From positions 11,718,001-11,782,000 of the forward strand of contig NC_087436.1 in NCBI RefSeq assembly GCF_036321535.1: a stretch of 64,000 bases of DNA, given 5' to 3'. The stretch is from Camelus dromedarius. Taxonomy: Eukaryota. Position 1 is the first letter of the stretch, and each line of letters begins with the position of its first letter. The notes beneath the pieces are model-generated. The model was not told the origin of the DNA. It made no database searches and was given only the letters and a program-made list of their open reading frames with translations. Below, in pieces: positions 26,601 to 38,249 of the stretch. The translations under genes were made by a program, and so were the position numbers.

Positions 26601-27285
26601 GTGGTGCATATTATGGGATAGTGCTATGGGAACGCAGAGGAGGGATGGCCAGTGCAGCCCAGGGGGCCAGGAAGACTCCTCGGAAGCCTTGTCTCCATCT
26701 TCCTCAGCGCCTCTGGCATAGACGTCCTGGAGATGCTGAAAACAGGCCAGCTGTTTCTCTTTCCCGAAAAGTGTAGTTCAGGGTCTTTCTGAGCAAGGGG
26801 ATAGAGCAAGTAATCTTTCATTCGTGCAAGCTTATGATTCTATTCTAAGTTAAATTATTAATAGCACTTGGAGAAATATTCTGGTTTTCTTTTTATGGAC
26901 AAGAAGAATGTTTAGTTTGAAACATTTTCTGGATTTGCTTATAGCATCCTGGGGAAAAAAGAATGTCTTAGCTTTGTTAGTTTCTCAAAAGATTTATTTA
27001 TTTTTTTCCTGGAATAGAATGGCAAAATAAAATCCATGAAGGATTTAGAATTTTAAAAGCTATGTAATTCACATTTTAAGCTTTTACTCTCATTATTTTC
27101 CTAAAATAACTTGAGGGATTACTCCTTGAAGAGGCTTCATGTATCAAATTAATCAGATGAACGTATCTTGAAAGTAGTTCTGCCTCTTTGGAGAAAATTT
27201 ATTTCATTCTAAAGAGAGCTTTTTTTTTGTTTGTTTTAATGACAAATGAAAGCAAAGCTATAAATTTTATTTATTTATTTTTTGG

Positions 27286-27582
27286 CTCACAGACATAGAA
27301 AACAAACTTATGGTTACCATGGGGAAAGGGGGTCAGGAGGGATAAACTGGGAGTTGGAGATTTGCAGATACTAACTTCTACATATAAAACATAACAGTTT
27401 CTTCTGTGTAGCACAGGGAACTATATTCAATATCTTGTAGTAACATAATGAAAAAGAATATGAAAATGAATATATGTATGTATATGCATGACTGAAACAT
27501 ACTGTACACCAGAAATTGACACAACATTGTAAACTGACTATACTTCAATAATAATAAAAAGAAACAAAAAAAAACAAAAAAG
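27286..27582 (+). mobile_element. Camelid-type L1 3' UTR fragment with A-rich tail
   Basis: CTCACAGACATAGAAAACAAACTTATGGTTACC...GAAATTGACACAACATTGTAAACTGACTATACTTCAATA plus an A-rich tail. Confidence 0.93.
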
Positions 27583-27899
27583 AATCTTGTAATGAATAGA
27601 ATATCCTGCTTTAAAGAAGTGTGAATTTAAATAATGAGTGTATTTCTACACAACCTAAAGCGAGATGTTCTTACTTGAAAAACAAAATTTGTTATGCTTC
27701 TAAGAATAGTTTTTGTGTAAGAAAAACAGTCATGCAACCAGGAAGATAAGAATACTTTTCCTGCATAAATTGTGTGTTAATAGGCTGAACAGTGTTCCCT
27801 TGAAGGCTACCTGGCTCCATCATCACAGGAGTTTGGTGAAAATCAACTGGTTTATACTGTTTGTCCAAAGAAATGTTTGACAAAAAATAACTTGGATGC

Positions 27900-27904
<5 letters not shown>

Positions 27905-27974
<70 letters not shown>
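27905..27974. repeat. Perfect (TA)35 microsatellite
   Basis: 70 bp of uninterrupted TA, counted directly. Confidence 0.97.
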
Positions 27975-27980
<6 letters not shown>

Positions 27981-29599
27981 GTGAAATAAAGTAATTCAGA
28001 AAAATGCATCCAGAAATAAAATTGAACTTGAAAAGCACCACCTCACATGACTGCAGGTGCAGCTGGCTATTTGCTTAGGATAATATTTGCATTTTGAAGT
28101 GAACTTTAGTGACTTTACAAAGTGCCAGGTTGGGAGGACAGAAAGCTGGTGTTTTTGTTTGTAGCAGAATTAACACTAAGAATGAGTTTTCTGTAACTAC
28201 CTCATTATTATAAATTAATTTCACTATTATAAATTAATTCCAAGTGAGTATGTTTGAAGGAAACATAGATGTAGAATCTTTGTTTCATCCTTAGCCTTGC
28301 TGATCACAAACAGGTAAAATTAGTGAAAATGTTAATAGTGCCAAATTGAAACTTTCTCTGGATCATTGACCTTTTGATTGAGAAAACCTTCGAGAAAAGT
28401 TTTTACCGGTTTCCGGGGCAGTGAGCTGATCTGCTTCTCCGGAGACTGGGGCAGTGGACAGCGGTGTTGTTTCTTCCCATGCGCTTGAAGCATCTGTTGT
28501 TCTCTAGGGAACAACCGTGTAAGAACTGACTTGAATTATCTTTTAAAGCAACTGCTATCTGGAGGGGAATTTTAATACATTATTTTATCATTTGGATTGA
28601 ATACAGCAAAATGAAAGCAGTATTATTCAGGGTGGCTGTCACCACGATCTTTAACATTTTCTCAGTCTTATTTTCCCTGAAGGTATGTTTTGGGACAATT
28701 AACAATGACTAATACTTAAATCTCCACCATAAGTACAAGCTTATTGGTAAACATTTATATTCCGTGTCTGTCTGGTCCCCTAGCATCTACCTAATTATTT
28801 CGTAACTTGAAAGTATGTGATTTCAATTAGGTAGAAATGTGTAGATCAAAATTCATTTAAGTATACTTAGCTGGTGACATACTACATGTTATCTTTGTCA
28901 CATAGGCCTTTGCTCTATACGTAATACGGGAGAACTGAGCTAAACTTCTGTTATATACAGTCCTCAAAGGAGACAGGTCTTTTGGTTAGTTGTTTAGTTT
29001 TGTTTAGAATATAGATCCATTGGAGATAAACACTAAATGTAAAATAGAGAATTTGAACTTGGCTTAGATTCTCCAGTTCTAGGCACAACGTTCATGGTTT
29101 TTTATTTTTTTATTTTTTTTGAGGCTTAGGTGCTGGTCCAGGTGAGGCATGTTCCCATCGGTACCCCCTGCCAGCTCAGCCACCATCCACACCCTGTGCC
29201 AACCCAGCATAACTTTAATTGAGACCATATCAGTGCCTTCCAGGTCAGTGCAAGGAAACTCTGGCCTCCTTAGTACAAGTCGGTCTTGCATGCTCAGTGA
29301 TGGAGGGGGAAGTTGTGACCACGGAGGGTGTAACCAAGCCTGGCGCTGACTCCGCCCACTCTCCCTCCACTCGCCTCGCCCCTCGGGGCTCAGCAGTTAC
29401 GCTGCCCCGACTGGGCTGGGTCTGGCTGCTGCTCTCCTAATGCTCTCCGCCAAGTGGGGACACAAGATGCTGTTTCAAATTTCCAACAGCATAGCTCATG
29501 GCAGGGTGAAGCACTGATACAAGAGGGAGGTGGAGGCTTTGGGGTAACAGATCGGAAACCAGCAAGAGAGAAGACACAGTAGATAATTCCAGTCCTTCC

Positions 29600-29960
29600 A
29601 TGTAACTTGCTTGTCTCTATAGCCCCAAAACACTGTTCCACTCCAGGCTTTGCACATCCCGTTTCCTCTGCCCAGACTGCTCTTCCTTGTCATTATCTGG
29701 CCAGCTGATCCTTCTTCAGAGTTCAGAGTAGGTAAGATGCCCCCGATTCCCACGGCCTGGCTTAGATTGGCCCCACATGTTCCAGTAAACCTACAGATGC
29801 CTGCTCTTCACCTGTTTTGCAGTCACACATGCTGTTGGCCTTAGGCTCGGAGAGATGAGCACTATGTTTACCTGTTTCAGTACTGTATTCTCAGCGCCTA
29901 GAGCAGTGCCTGATACACAGTGGGCACTCAGTAAACCTTTCCGAATGAGCCAAGTAGTCA
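29600..29960 (+). mobile_element. L2 3' remnant
   Basis: CCAGGCTTTGCACAT...TTCCTCTGCCCAGA; CTGTATTCTCAGCGCCTAGAGCAGTGCCTGATACACAGTGGGCACTCAGTAAA...GAATGA. Confidence 0.7.
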
Positions 29961-30811
29961 GTGAGTGATGGGAGTTCAAAGAAAAGTCGGGACCCTGCCA
30001 TCCAGCTTCCCATCACCATATGGGATGCTTCCTTCACTGTAGCCTTGTGGGACTGGGGTTGGATTTTATTGGGAAAGCTGGCAGATTTCCTTACAAAAGG
30101 TGTCAACTGACCACTGAATTTAAGAGGCAGGAAGGGCATCTTCTCAGACTAGAGGATAAAATGGAATGGAGTAGCCGGTGCAGGATCAGTGGCAGGTGTG
30201 GTGTTGATGGTTATGGAAATTGGGGCACTGTCCATTCTGCTTAATTTGAACTTTTTTTTAATGAGTGAATTTCCTAAAAGTTAGATATAGCCATATGAAA
30301 ATACTTGGACTAAGTTAAATATAATTCTCTTGACATTGTTGGATGACATTTGATTAAAGATGGAGCTATTCATTATTGAGCAATATCTATGGTCTAGGAC
30401 TTTGTATGAATTACTTCCTTTAATACAACAGTCTACTGAAGTGGGGATTTTACTTCCATTTTACCAATAAAGAAGCAAGTTCAGAGGGATTAATTAGCTT
30501 TAGGGTTGCTTTAGGGTTGCAAAACTAATGGACAATAGAGCTGGAAGCTATTTGTTTATTCACTCATAAATCTTTGTTGACAGTAAAAGCTTTTCATCAT
30601 TGGCTTTGTCTTTTTCAATGGTAACAATTACATTTCACTTAGAACCACCTAGATTTTAATCTAGAGAAAGCTATGTAGAAGACAGCACTAAATTAAGTCG
30701 ATCATGTCAATATTAGAGTGAAACCTCACTGTTTTACTCAACTGAAAATGTCTAGGGCTGTAAGTTCAGTAACTTTTTTTTTTTATTTATAACTTTAGTA
30801 TCTTGTCTGTC

Positions 30812-30831
30812 TTTTTATTTATTTTTAATTT

Positions 30832-30880
<49 letters not shown>

Positions 30881-30998
30881 ACATTTTTTATTGATTTATA
30901 ATCATTTTACAATGTGTCAAATTCCAGTGTAGAGCACAATTTTTCAATTATACATGAACATATATATATTCATTGTCACATTCCTTTCTCTGTGAGCT
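30812..30998 (-). mobile_element. Very short young camelid L1 3' end with (TTTA)n-expanded tail
   Basis: TTATTGATTTATAATCATTTTACAATG...TCTCTGTGAGCT is nearly identical to the reverse complement of about 63783-63895. Confidence 0.92.
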
Positions 30999-32049
30999 GC
31001 ATTGAATCCCCAGCCCTGGAGTAGTGCCTAGAAAGTGGTGGGATACTAATAAATAATTTACAGTAGACAAGAAAAATCAGAATCGTAAATAATTTTCTGT
31101 TCAGTATTGACAAAGTCTGACTTCTTTCCCTGTGGTTCTGTGTAAGGGGCATTTCACCACATGTAAATGATGAAGGACTTCAAGGATCAAATTCCTGTGC
31201 TGCTGTTACATATTCACTGTTGGAATCAAATTCTGGGGGGAACTGAGTTTCCTGCCTTCAGTGCTTTTACTCTGGGCCATGGTCATTTAGAATGATAGAT
31301 AGAGGAATTTAATAAATGTTCTGATTTAAAACACAAATGTCCTTAGCCGGCAGTGAGGCAAACACATTTTGTGTGAATGAGAACTTAGCCCATTGATTGA
31401 CATTCAAGACCTATCGGAAAAATCAGGAACACAGGAGTTGGAAGAGCCAAGACTCAATCAGATTGGAGCCGTGCTCCAAAAATACAGAAGGCCAGGAGGT
31501 GGTGAGAAAAATGCCAGACAGCAGACTGTGCAGAAAAGTAAGCAAGCCAAGAAATGTTCTATTTGGCCTTAAAAGAGGCAGATGGTGACAGGAAGTATTC
31601 AGTGAGGGGCGATTGTGCTAAAAATCAGACTATAAAATTATCTATCTGTAGTTTTAAGGTTTTGTGGAAAAATTAAAACTCCTGGCTAGTATTTATTACA
31701 AGAAAAAGTGATAGTACAGAAACAGAATATTAAGTAAGTGTGTAATTGTGTCAGGATACTAGAAATGTGAGACACATTATTCCATTGGAATAGAAGTTTT
31801 GTTTACTTAGAGATTGTAACCAAAGTTCTTTAAAAGTTTTGTTTTACATAAAAGGAGTTGATTTGTATTAAATCTGTCCCTTTCACATTTTTGCGGTAAG
31901 AAACAATTCTCCTAAGAATGGTAATAGGTTTCTAAGATGGCAGTAATAATTTTCTAACTGAAAGACTGTGCAGAACATTTTTTCACTTTTTCCCTTAAAA
32001 AGGTCTTTAGTGTGGGATATAGAAAAGGAGTGATAAAAATGTTGAGGCT

Positions 32050-33083
32050 TAGAGAAATCTCTTGAACATTTCTTATAAAGCTGGTTAGGTGGTGCCGAAT
32101 ACTTTGGGATTTTGCTTGTCTGTAAAACTTTTGATCTATCCATCAAGCCTGAATGAAAACCTTGGTGGGGAGAGTATTCTTGGTTTTAAGTTTTATCCTT
32201 TAGAATGTATCATTCCACTTCCTCTGGCCCATAAAGTTTCTGCTGAAAAGTCAGCTGATAGTCTTATGGCAGTTCTCTTATATGTGACCAGTTGCTTTTC
32301 TCTTGCTGCTTTTAAGAATTTCTCTTTGTCTTTAATTTTTGCTGTTTTAATTATAACATGTATCTCAGTGTGGACTTCTTGGGATTCTTTTGTTAGGGAC
32401 TGTCTGTGCTTTCCGGACCTGGTTGTCTGATTCCTTTCCCAGGTTAGGGAAGTTTTCAGCTATTATTCTTCCAACAAGTAAACAAGTTCTGTGCCCCTTT
32501 CTCTCTCTCTTCTCCTCTAGGACCCCTATAATGCAAATGTTAGTACACTGATAGTGTCCTAGAGGTCTCTTAAACTATCCTCATTAAAAAAAAAATTCTC
32601 TATTCTTTTTTCTTTTCAGCTTGGGTGATTTCCAGTACTTTATCTTCGAGTTTATCTTCTAGTACTGTATCACACTTGAAAAGCTGAATCTCTGTTTCCT
32701 GCAGCCCCCCGGCTCTCCTGTGCAGAAGCCCTGCAGCCCTTCAAAGCCAGACATTCTGGGGTCTCATCTTCCCAGTGCAGGACTCTGGGCTGGGGAGCCT
32801 TAAGTGGGGCTCTGACCCCTTGCTTCTTGGGGAGAAACTCTGCAATTGTGATTATCCTCCAATTTGTGAGTCACCTACCTAGGAGTGTGGGTCTTGACTG
32901 AACCATGTCTCTGCCCTGCTTTCCCTTTTTCTTGAGGTTCTTTCTCTGTATCTTTAGTTGTGAAAAATCTCTCCAGCTAGTTTTCAAGTTATTGTCTTAG
33001 ATAGTTGCTCTGTAAATAGTTGTAATTTTGGTGTGCCTGTGGGAGGATGTGAGCTCCTCCTCTGCCATCTTGGCCACACCTCC
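32050..33083 (-). mobile_element. LINE-1 5' portion: 5' UTR plus internally deleted ORF1
   Basis: 32050-32660 is antisense ORF1 (TTTCTGCTGAAAAGTCAGCTGATAGTCTTATGG, i.e. IRLSADFSAET-like); 32680-33083 is an antisense L1 5' UTR ending GCCATCTTGG (YY1 motif CAAGATGGC) at 33064-33073. Confidence 0.88.
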
Positions 33084-33457
33084 TTCTATGCTTAAAATTG
33101 ATACAGAACTGCTTATTCCATTTTCTTGGGGGTATCCAGCCTAAGGAATCAAGTAAGCCTGGGCTTTACAGCCCTCTTCTAGAACACCTAAGCGTTTCTG
33201 TGGTGTGCTTGAACATGTCTTTTATTTCGTATGTAAGAATACTGCACACTTCTCTCTTCTTGTTTAGGAGAAACTATAAATAATTTAATATATTTGATTC
33301 TTATCTATTTGTTGGTTTGCTCTTGGATTTTTCACCATACTAACAAGTAAGTTTTGTATTTTAAGTTTAAGTGACTAAAATGAAAGGCTGGGAGGTGGAC
33401 TATGTAGCGATGCTTCTGCCCTTTTCCTCAAGAACTGAAGGCAAAATAGTGGATATA

Positions 33458-33709
33458 CAGTTGGCCTTTGAGCAACAGGGTTTGAACTGCGTGGGTTCAT
33501 GGATGGGAGTGTGTGTGTGTGTGTGTGTGTGTTTTTCAGTAGTAAGTCCTACAGCACTGCTTGGTTCATGGTTGGTTGAGTCTGCAGGTGTGGGCCCATG
33601 GATACAGAGGAGCTGTGGATGTGGAGGGCTGAGTATAAGCTGGACACTTTTTTTTCGACTGTATGGAGGGTCAGTGCCTCTCACCCCTGCATCGTTCAAG
33701 GGTCAACTG
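33458..33709. mobile_element. TcMar-Tigger MITE (Tigger2a/MER8-like) with TA TSD and internal (GT)n
   Basis: TIRs CAGTTGGCCTTTGAGC and GTTCAAGGGTCAACTG; TA at 33456-33457 and 33710-33711. Confidence 0.9.
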
Positions 33710-34199
33710 TATTATGAAAATTTGTTTTACTTTTAAAAAGACAGTTTTCCAGAGAAATAAGCTTATGTATTGGTATGTTTTTAAATGAACTGCAATTCTG
33801 AAATCTAGACACTTTACATAAATTATTTTATTTAATCCTCAAAATAATATTTTAACAGTTATTATTACCTTACTCACTTTGTAATTGGGGAAACAAAGAA
33901 TCATATAAACCAAGTCAATGTCTTCACCTGGTAAGTAGTGGAGTCAGGATCTGAATTCAGTTTTGTATGTCTCCCAGCTTTTGCCACTGCTAGTGCATCT
34001 TAATAGGAGAAGGGATTTTGCAGATAAGATTACTTAATCTCATTGTCCATCAGACTTCTTGTCCTTTACACTTACCTAGTGCGTAAACATATGTTTATGG
34101 AAAAAGTTACAAAGGAGATTTTGGTTCCAACCTTCAGCTGAAAAGTGCTGTATTCAAAGTTTCCAAAACCTACCAACGCACCCACCCATCCACCCACTC

Positions 34200-35370
34200 A
34201 GTCTTTATTGTGTGGTGGGAGGTGAAGACCTAAATATTATTTTCTATAAGTTGTTAGCTGATTGATCCAGCCTCCTTCACTGAATGTTTTTATTCTTTTA
34301 TTTTTTGTTTCATTTGCTGTTTTTTTTTATTGAATATTTTTAAACCACAAATTTAGAATGTCTTCTTATTGGGTATCAAGAAATATAATAGGTTATTTCT
34401 GAGAGATATATGCATACACACAATTGTTTCACTCTTCTTGTGCTCATACATTTTTTCACTTTTATGGCTTTATATGTGTGGGTACCTCAAGATACCTCTT
34501 AGTGCTATTATCCTCACCCTCATTCTCAGATCTTGTCTCTTTAATGATTTTTGTTTTGTTGTTCTTACTATTTCTGTTTCCTAGGAGGTCTTCAGAATCA
34601 TTTTATCATGCAACAAAAATATCCTCTTTTATACTGACTGAAAATACATCAAACAATGAATCTGGAAAAAATGAAAATATTTATATCTTTTATTTCTCAG
34701 AGAATTATAGCACTTTATTAATATTGGTACTATATCTTTCACTATAGTCATTCCTATACAAATAATATTTTTATTACTATGATAGATAATTTTTTCTTTC
34801 AATTGTATTTTTAAGTTATTATTGCTAGAGTGTAAGAACTGTTGATTTTTCATGTATATTATCTTGTTTTTGGCCATTTTGTGGAACTCTCAAGTCTTAA
34901 TAGTGTCCAAATGATTCCTTTCAGTTTTTCTCAGTCTACTATATAATTTGTATACAGTGTTTGCATTTTATTTGTCAGAGTTTATATATTTTAATGTAGT
35001 CACATGCATGTATTAAAAGTTAAGAATTTCTAGTATATTGTTACATAATACTATTAGGTGTCTTAACTCTGACTTTTGAGGGATTGGCTCTTCTGTGTAT
35101 GATGGTGCATGTGCCTACTTAGCATGTAAATGACTACACTTCTATACTTGCAGATTCAATGCATTAAGCCTTTGCAATAATTAAGTAGTTTTACCAAATG
35201 TCGTTTGACTTGAAATGAATTTTTATTTAAAGAATACTAAAAATAAACTCTGATTGGGGCAGATTACTTTAATATATTCTGTCTTCTGATATTTCATTTA
35301 GATTTTTATGTCTATTTTCATAAAGGAGATTGGCCTCTATTTTATGTTTTATATAATTTTTGTCAGATTT
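34200..35370 (-). mobile_element. Very old L1 (L1M/L1ME-like) ORF2 remnant, left part
   Basis: T-rich degenerate antisense ORF2 motifs, e.g. GTTGATTTTTCATGTATATTATCTTG and GTCTATTTTCATAAAGGAGATTGGCCT. Confidence 0.55.
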
Positions 35371-35385
35371 GGAATTAAGAGTTTT

Positions 35386-36597
35386 AATGCACATCTATCA
35401 ATGATTACTGTAAATGACAATAGACTAAATGTTCCAATCAAAAGACATCCAGTGGCAGATTGGGTAATAAAACAAGAGTCTACATTATGCTGCCTTCAAG
35501 AGACCCACTTTAGGGCAAAGGACACACACAGATTGAAAGTAAGGAGATGGAAAAAGATATTTCATGCAAATGGAAGTGACCAGAAAGCAGGAATAGCAAT
35601 ACTCATATCAGACAGAATATAATTTAAAACAAAGTCCATAAAGAAAGATAAAGAAGGACACTGTGTAATGATAAAAGGAACAATACAAGATGAGAATATT
35701 ACACTTTTTAACATATATGCACCCAATATAGGAGCACCTAAATATATGAAACAAATACTAACAGACAGAAAGGGAGAAATTGATGGGAACACAATAATAG
35801 TGGGAGACTTTAATATCCCATTAACATTATTGGACTGGTCTTCCAGACAGAAAATCAGTAAAGCAAAGGAGATACTAAATGGCACAATAGAACAATTGGA
35901 CTTGGTTGATATTTTTAGGACATTACATCCCCCCAAAACAGAATATACATTCTTTTCAAGTGCCTATGGAACATTCTCTAGGATAGACCACATATTTGGG
36001 CACAAAACAAGCCTCAACACATTTAAGAGGATAGAAAATTTCAAACATCTTTTCTGACCACAATGGCATGAAACTGGAAATCAACCACAGAAAGGGAAAT
36101 GATAAAAAAAAAAAAAAATTGCATGGAGACTAAACATCATACTACTAAAAAGCTAATGGGTCAATGATGAAATCAAAGAGTAAATTAAAAAATATCTTGA
36201 GACACATGACAATTAAAACACAACCACACAAAAATCTACGGGATGCAGAAAAGCAGTCTTAAGAAGGAAGTTCATAGTGATACAGGCCTTCCTCAGAATA
36301 CAAGAACAGTCTCAAATAAGCAACCTAACCTACCATCTAAAGGAATTAGTAAAAGAAGAACAAACAAAACCTAAAGTTAGCAGAAGGAAAGAAATAATAA
36401 AGATGGGGGGGAAATAAATAAAATAGAGATTAGAAAATAGAAAAATGTCAATCAAACTAAGAGCTGTTTTTTTAAAGACTAAAAAAATCAACAAACCTCT
36501 GGCCAGGCTCACCAAGAAGAAAAGAGAGAGGACTCAAATAAACCAAATAATAAAACGAAAGAGGAGAAATTACAACCAATACCACAGAACTACAGAA

Positions 36598-36628
<31 letters not shown>

Positions 36629-37397
36629 ATACTATGAACAATTATATGCCAACAAATTGGACAACCTAGAAGAAATGGACAAGTTTCTAGAAACATACAG
36701 CCCACCAAAACTGTATCAAGAAATAGATAATTTGAACAGACTGATCACTAAAAGTGAAATAGTATCGGTAATAAAAAAAAACTCCTTGCAAGCAAAAGTC
36801 CAGAGCCAGATGGCTTCACTGGGGAAGTCTACCAAGCATACTAAGAAGAACTTACACTGATCATTCTCAGACTCTTCCAAAAGACTGAACAGGAGGGAAC
36901 ACTTCCAAACTCATTCTATGAAGCCACCATCACCTTGATACCAAAACCAGATGAAGACATTACCAAAAAAGAAAATTGTAGGCCAATATCTTTGATGATT
37001 ATAGATGCAAAAATTCTCAACAGAATGTTAGCAAACTGAATCTAACAACACTTAAGAAAGATCATACACTATGATCAAGTTGGACTCACCCCAGGGACAC
37101 ACGAGGATGATTCAACATACAGAAGTCAATCCAATAGGATACACCACGTCAACAAAAGAAAGTACAAAAATCACATGATCATCTCAACAGATGCAGAAAA
37201 AGCATTTGATAAAATTCAATATCCATTCATGATACCAAAGTGATTATAGAGGGAACATATCTCAACATAATAAAAGCTGTTTATCCCAAACCCACAACCG
37301 ACATAATGCTTACTGGTGAAAAGCTGAGCCTTCCTGCTGAAATCTGAAACAAGACATAGATGCCCACTCTCACCACTTTTATTCGACATAGTGTTGG
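35386..37397 (+). mobile_element. LINE-1 ORF2 N-terminal fragment (APE endonuclease, linker, start of RT); no 3' end
   Basis: ORFs ITVNDNRLNVPIKRH...CCLQETHF and NIYAPN...IIVGDFN...FSRIDH are the L1 endonuclease; ends at GATGCCCACTCTCACCACTTTTATTCGACATAGT (CPLSPLLF motif). Confidence 0.96.
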
Positions 37398-38249
37398 GAT
37401 TGGAGTTGTAATCTATTTTCAGAAAACATGTTATGGAGATCTACATATTTACTAATGTAATGGGAAGTATATTTTGGTCTACACTACGTAGAAAAATTGT
37501 AGTTCTTCAGACTCTGCCTGGTTACCATCTATTTTCCTTTAATTGCCTAAGACTGGTCAAATTAAGCATGGTCTTAAGGCAGACACTTACTGTGTAGTAG
37601 TAAAGTAAAAAAAAAAAAAAAAAACTTACCATCTCAATCTGTTTTTTTCTACTCTTCCTGTACTAGGGTTTGGAGACTTTTCATTGCGTGCTCTGTAGAC
37701 TGATCATTTCTTCAAGGCAGAAAACAGTAGATGTATTGAAAGGTGTACTTTCAGGACCTGCTTGTCTGGCTCCTTGTCCTCTAGTGGGCAGAGAAGGGAC
37801 TGAATCTTAATTTTTATGTCCTTTGTGTGGCTGGTCAGCAAATAACCTTTACCCCTATTCCATTTCCTGGACTTGGCAGTTTAAAGCTCCGGTGCCAGTG
37901 TCTCACTGTCAGAGGTAGGGCTCATTCCCAATGGGTGAATTCCCCTTTCTTCTCCAAGTTTGCCCAAAGAACCCCTAACATTTGCCTAACAAATTCCCTA
38001 TCCTTCCTGCTTTTACAAGAGGGACTTTGATATTTCTTTGTGTCCCTTCAAAGAGCCTATCTTTTCACCCAGGAAAGGACAATTTGAGTTGTAGTTAAAG
38101 AATGCTCACTTAACGTTTGATTTAGGATAACTATTTTGTGCTCACATTTCCATCCATCTTACAATCCTAATTAATATCACATCCTAGTTTTAAACAAAAG
38201 TTGTATAAAGGAGAAGGTGGTGCTTTCTTAGTTTTCTCCCATTTAAATT

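Noticed and set aside
27692..28009. ORF with a (YI)n repeat
   Set aside because: Translation of the (TA)35 microsatellite.
30497..30520. TTAGGG twice, as an interstitial telomeric repeat
   Set aside because: An 11-bp tandem duplication (GCTTTAGGGTT) in a MIR-like remnant, not a hexamer array.
37774..37790. CTCF-like motif CCACTAGAGGACA (minus strand); also 46776-46791
   Set aside because: Mismatches at core positions; the second lies in an L2. Not supportable from sequence alone.
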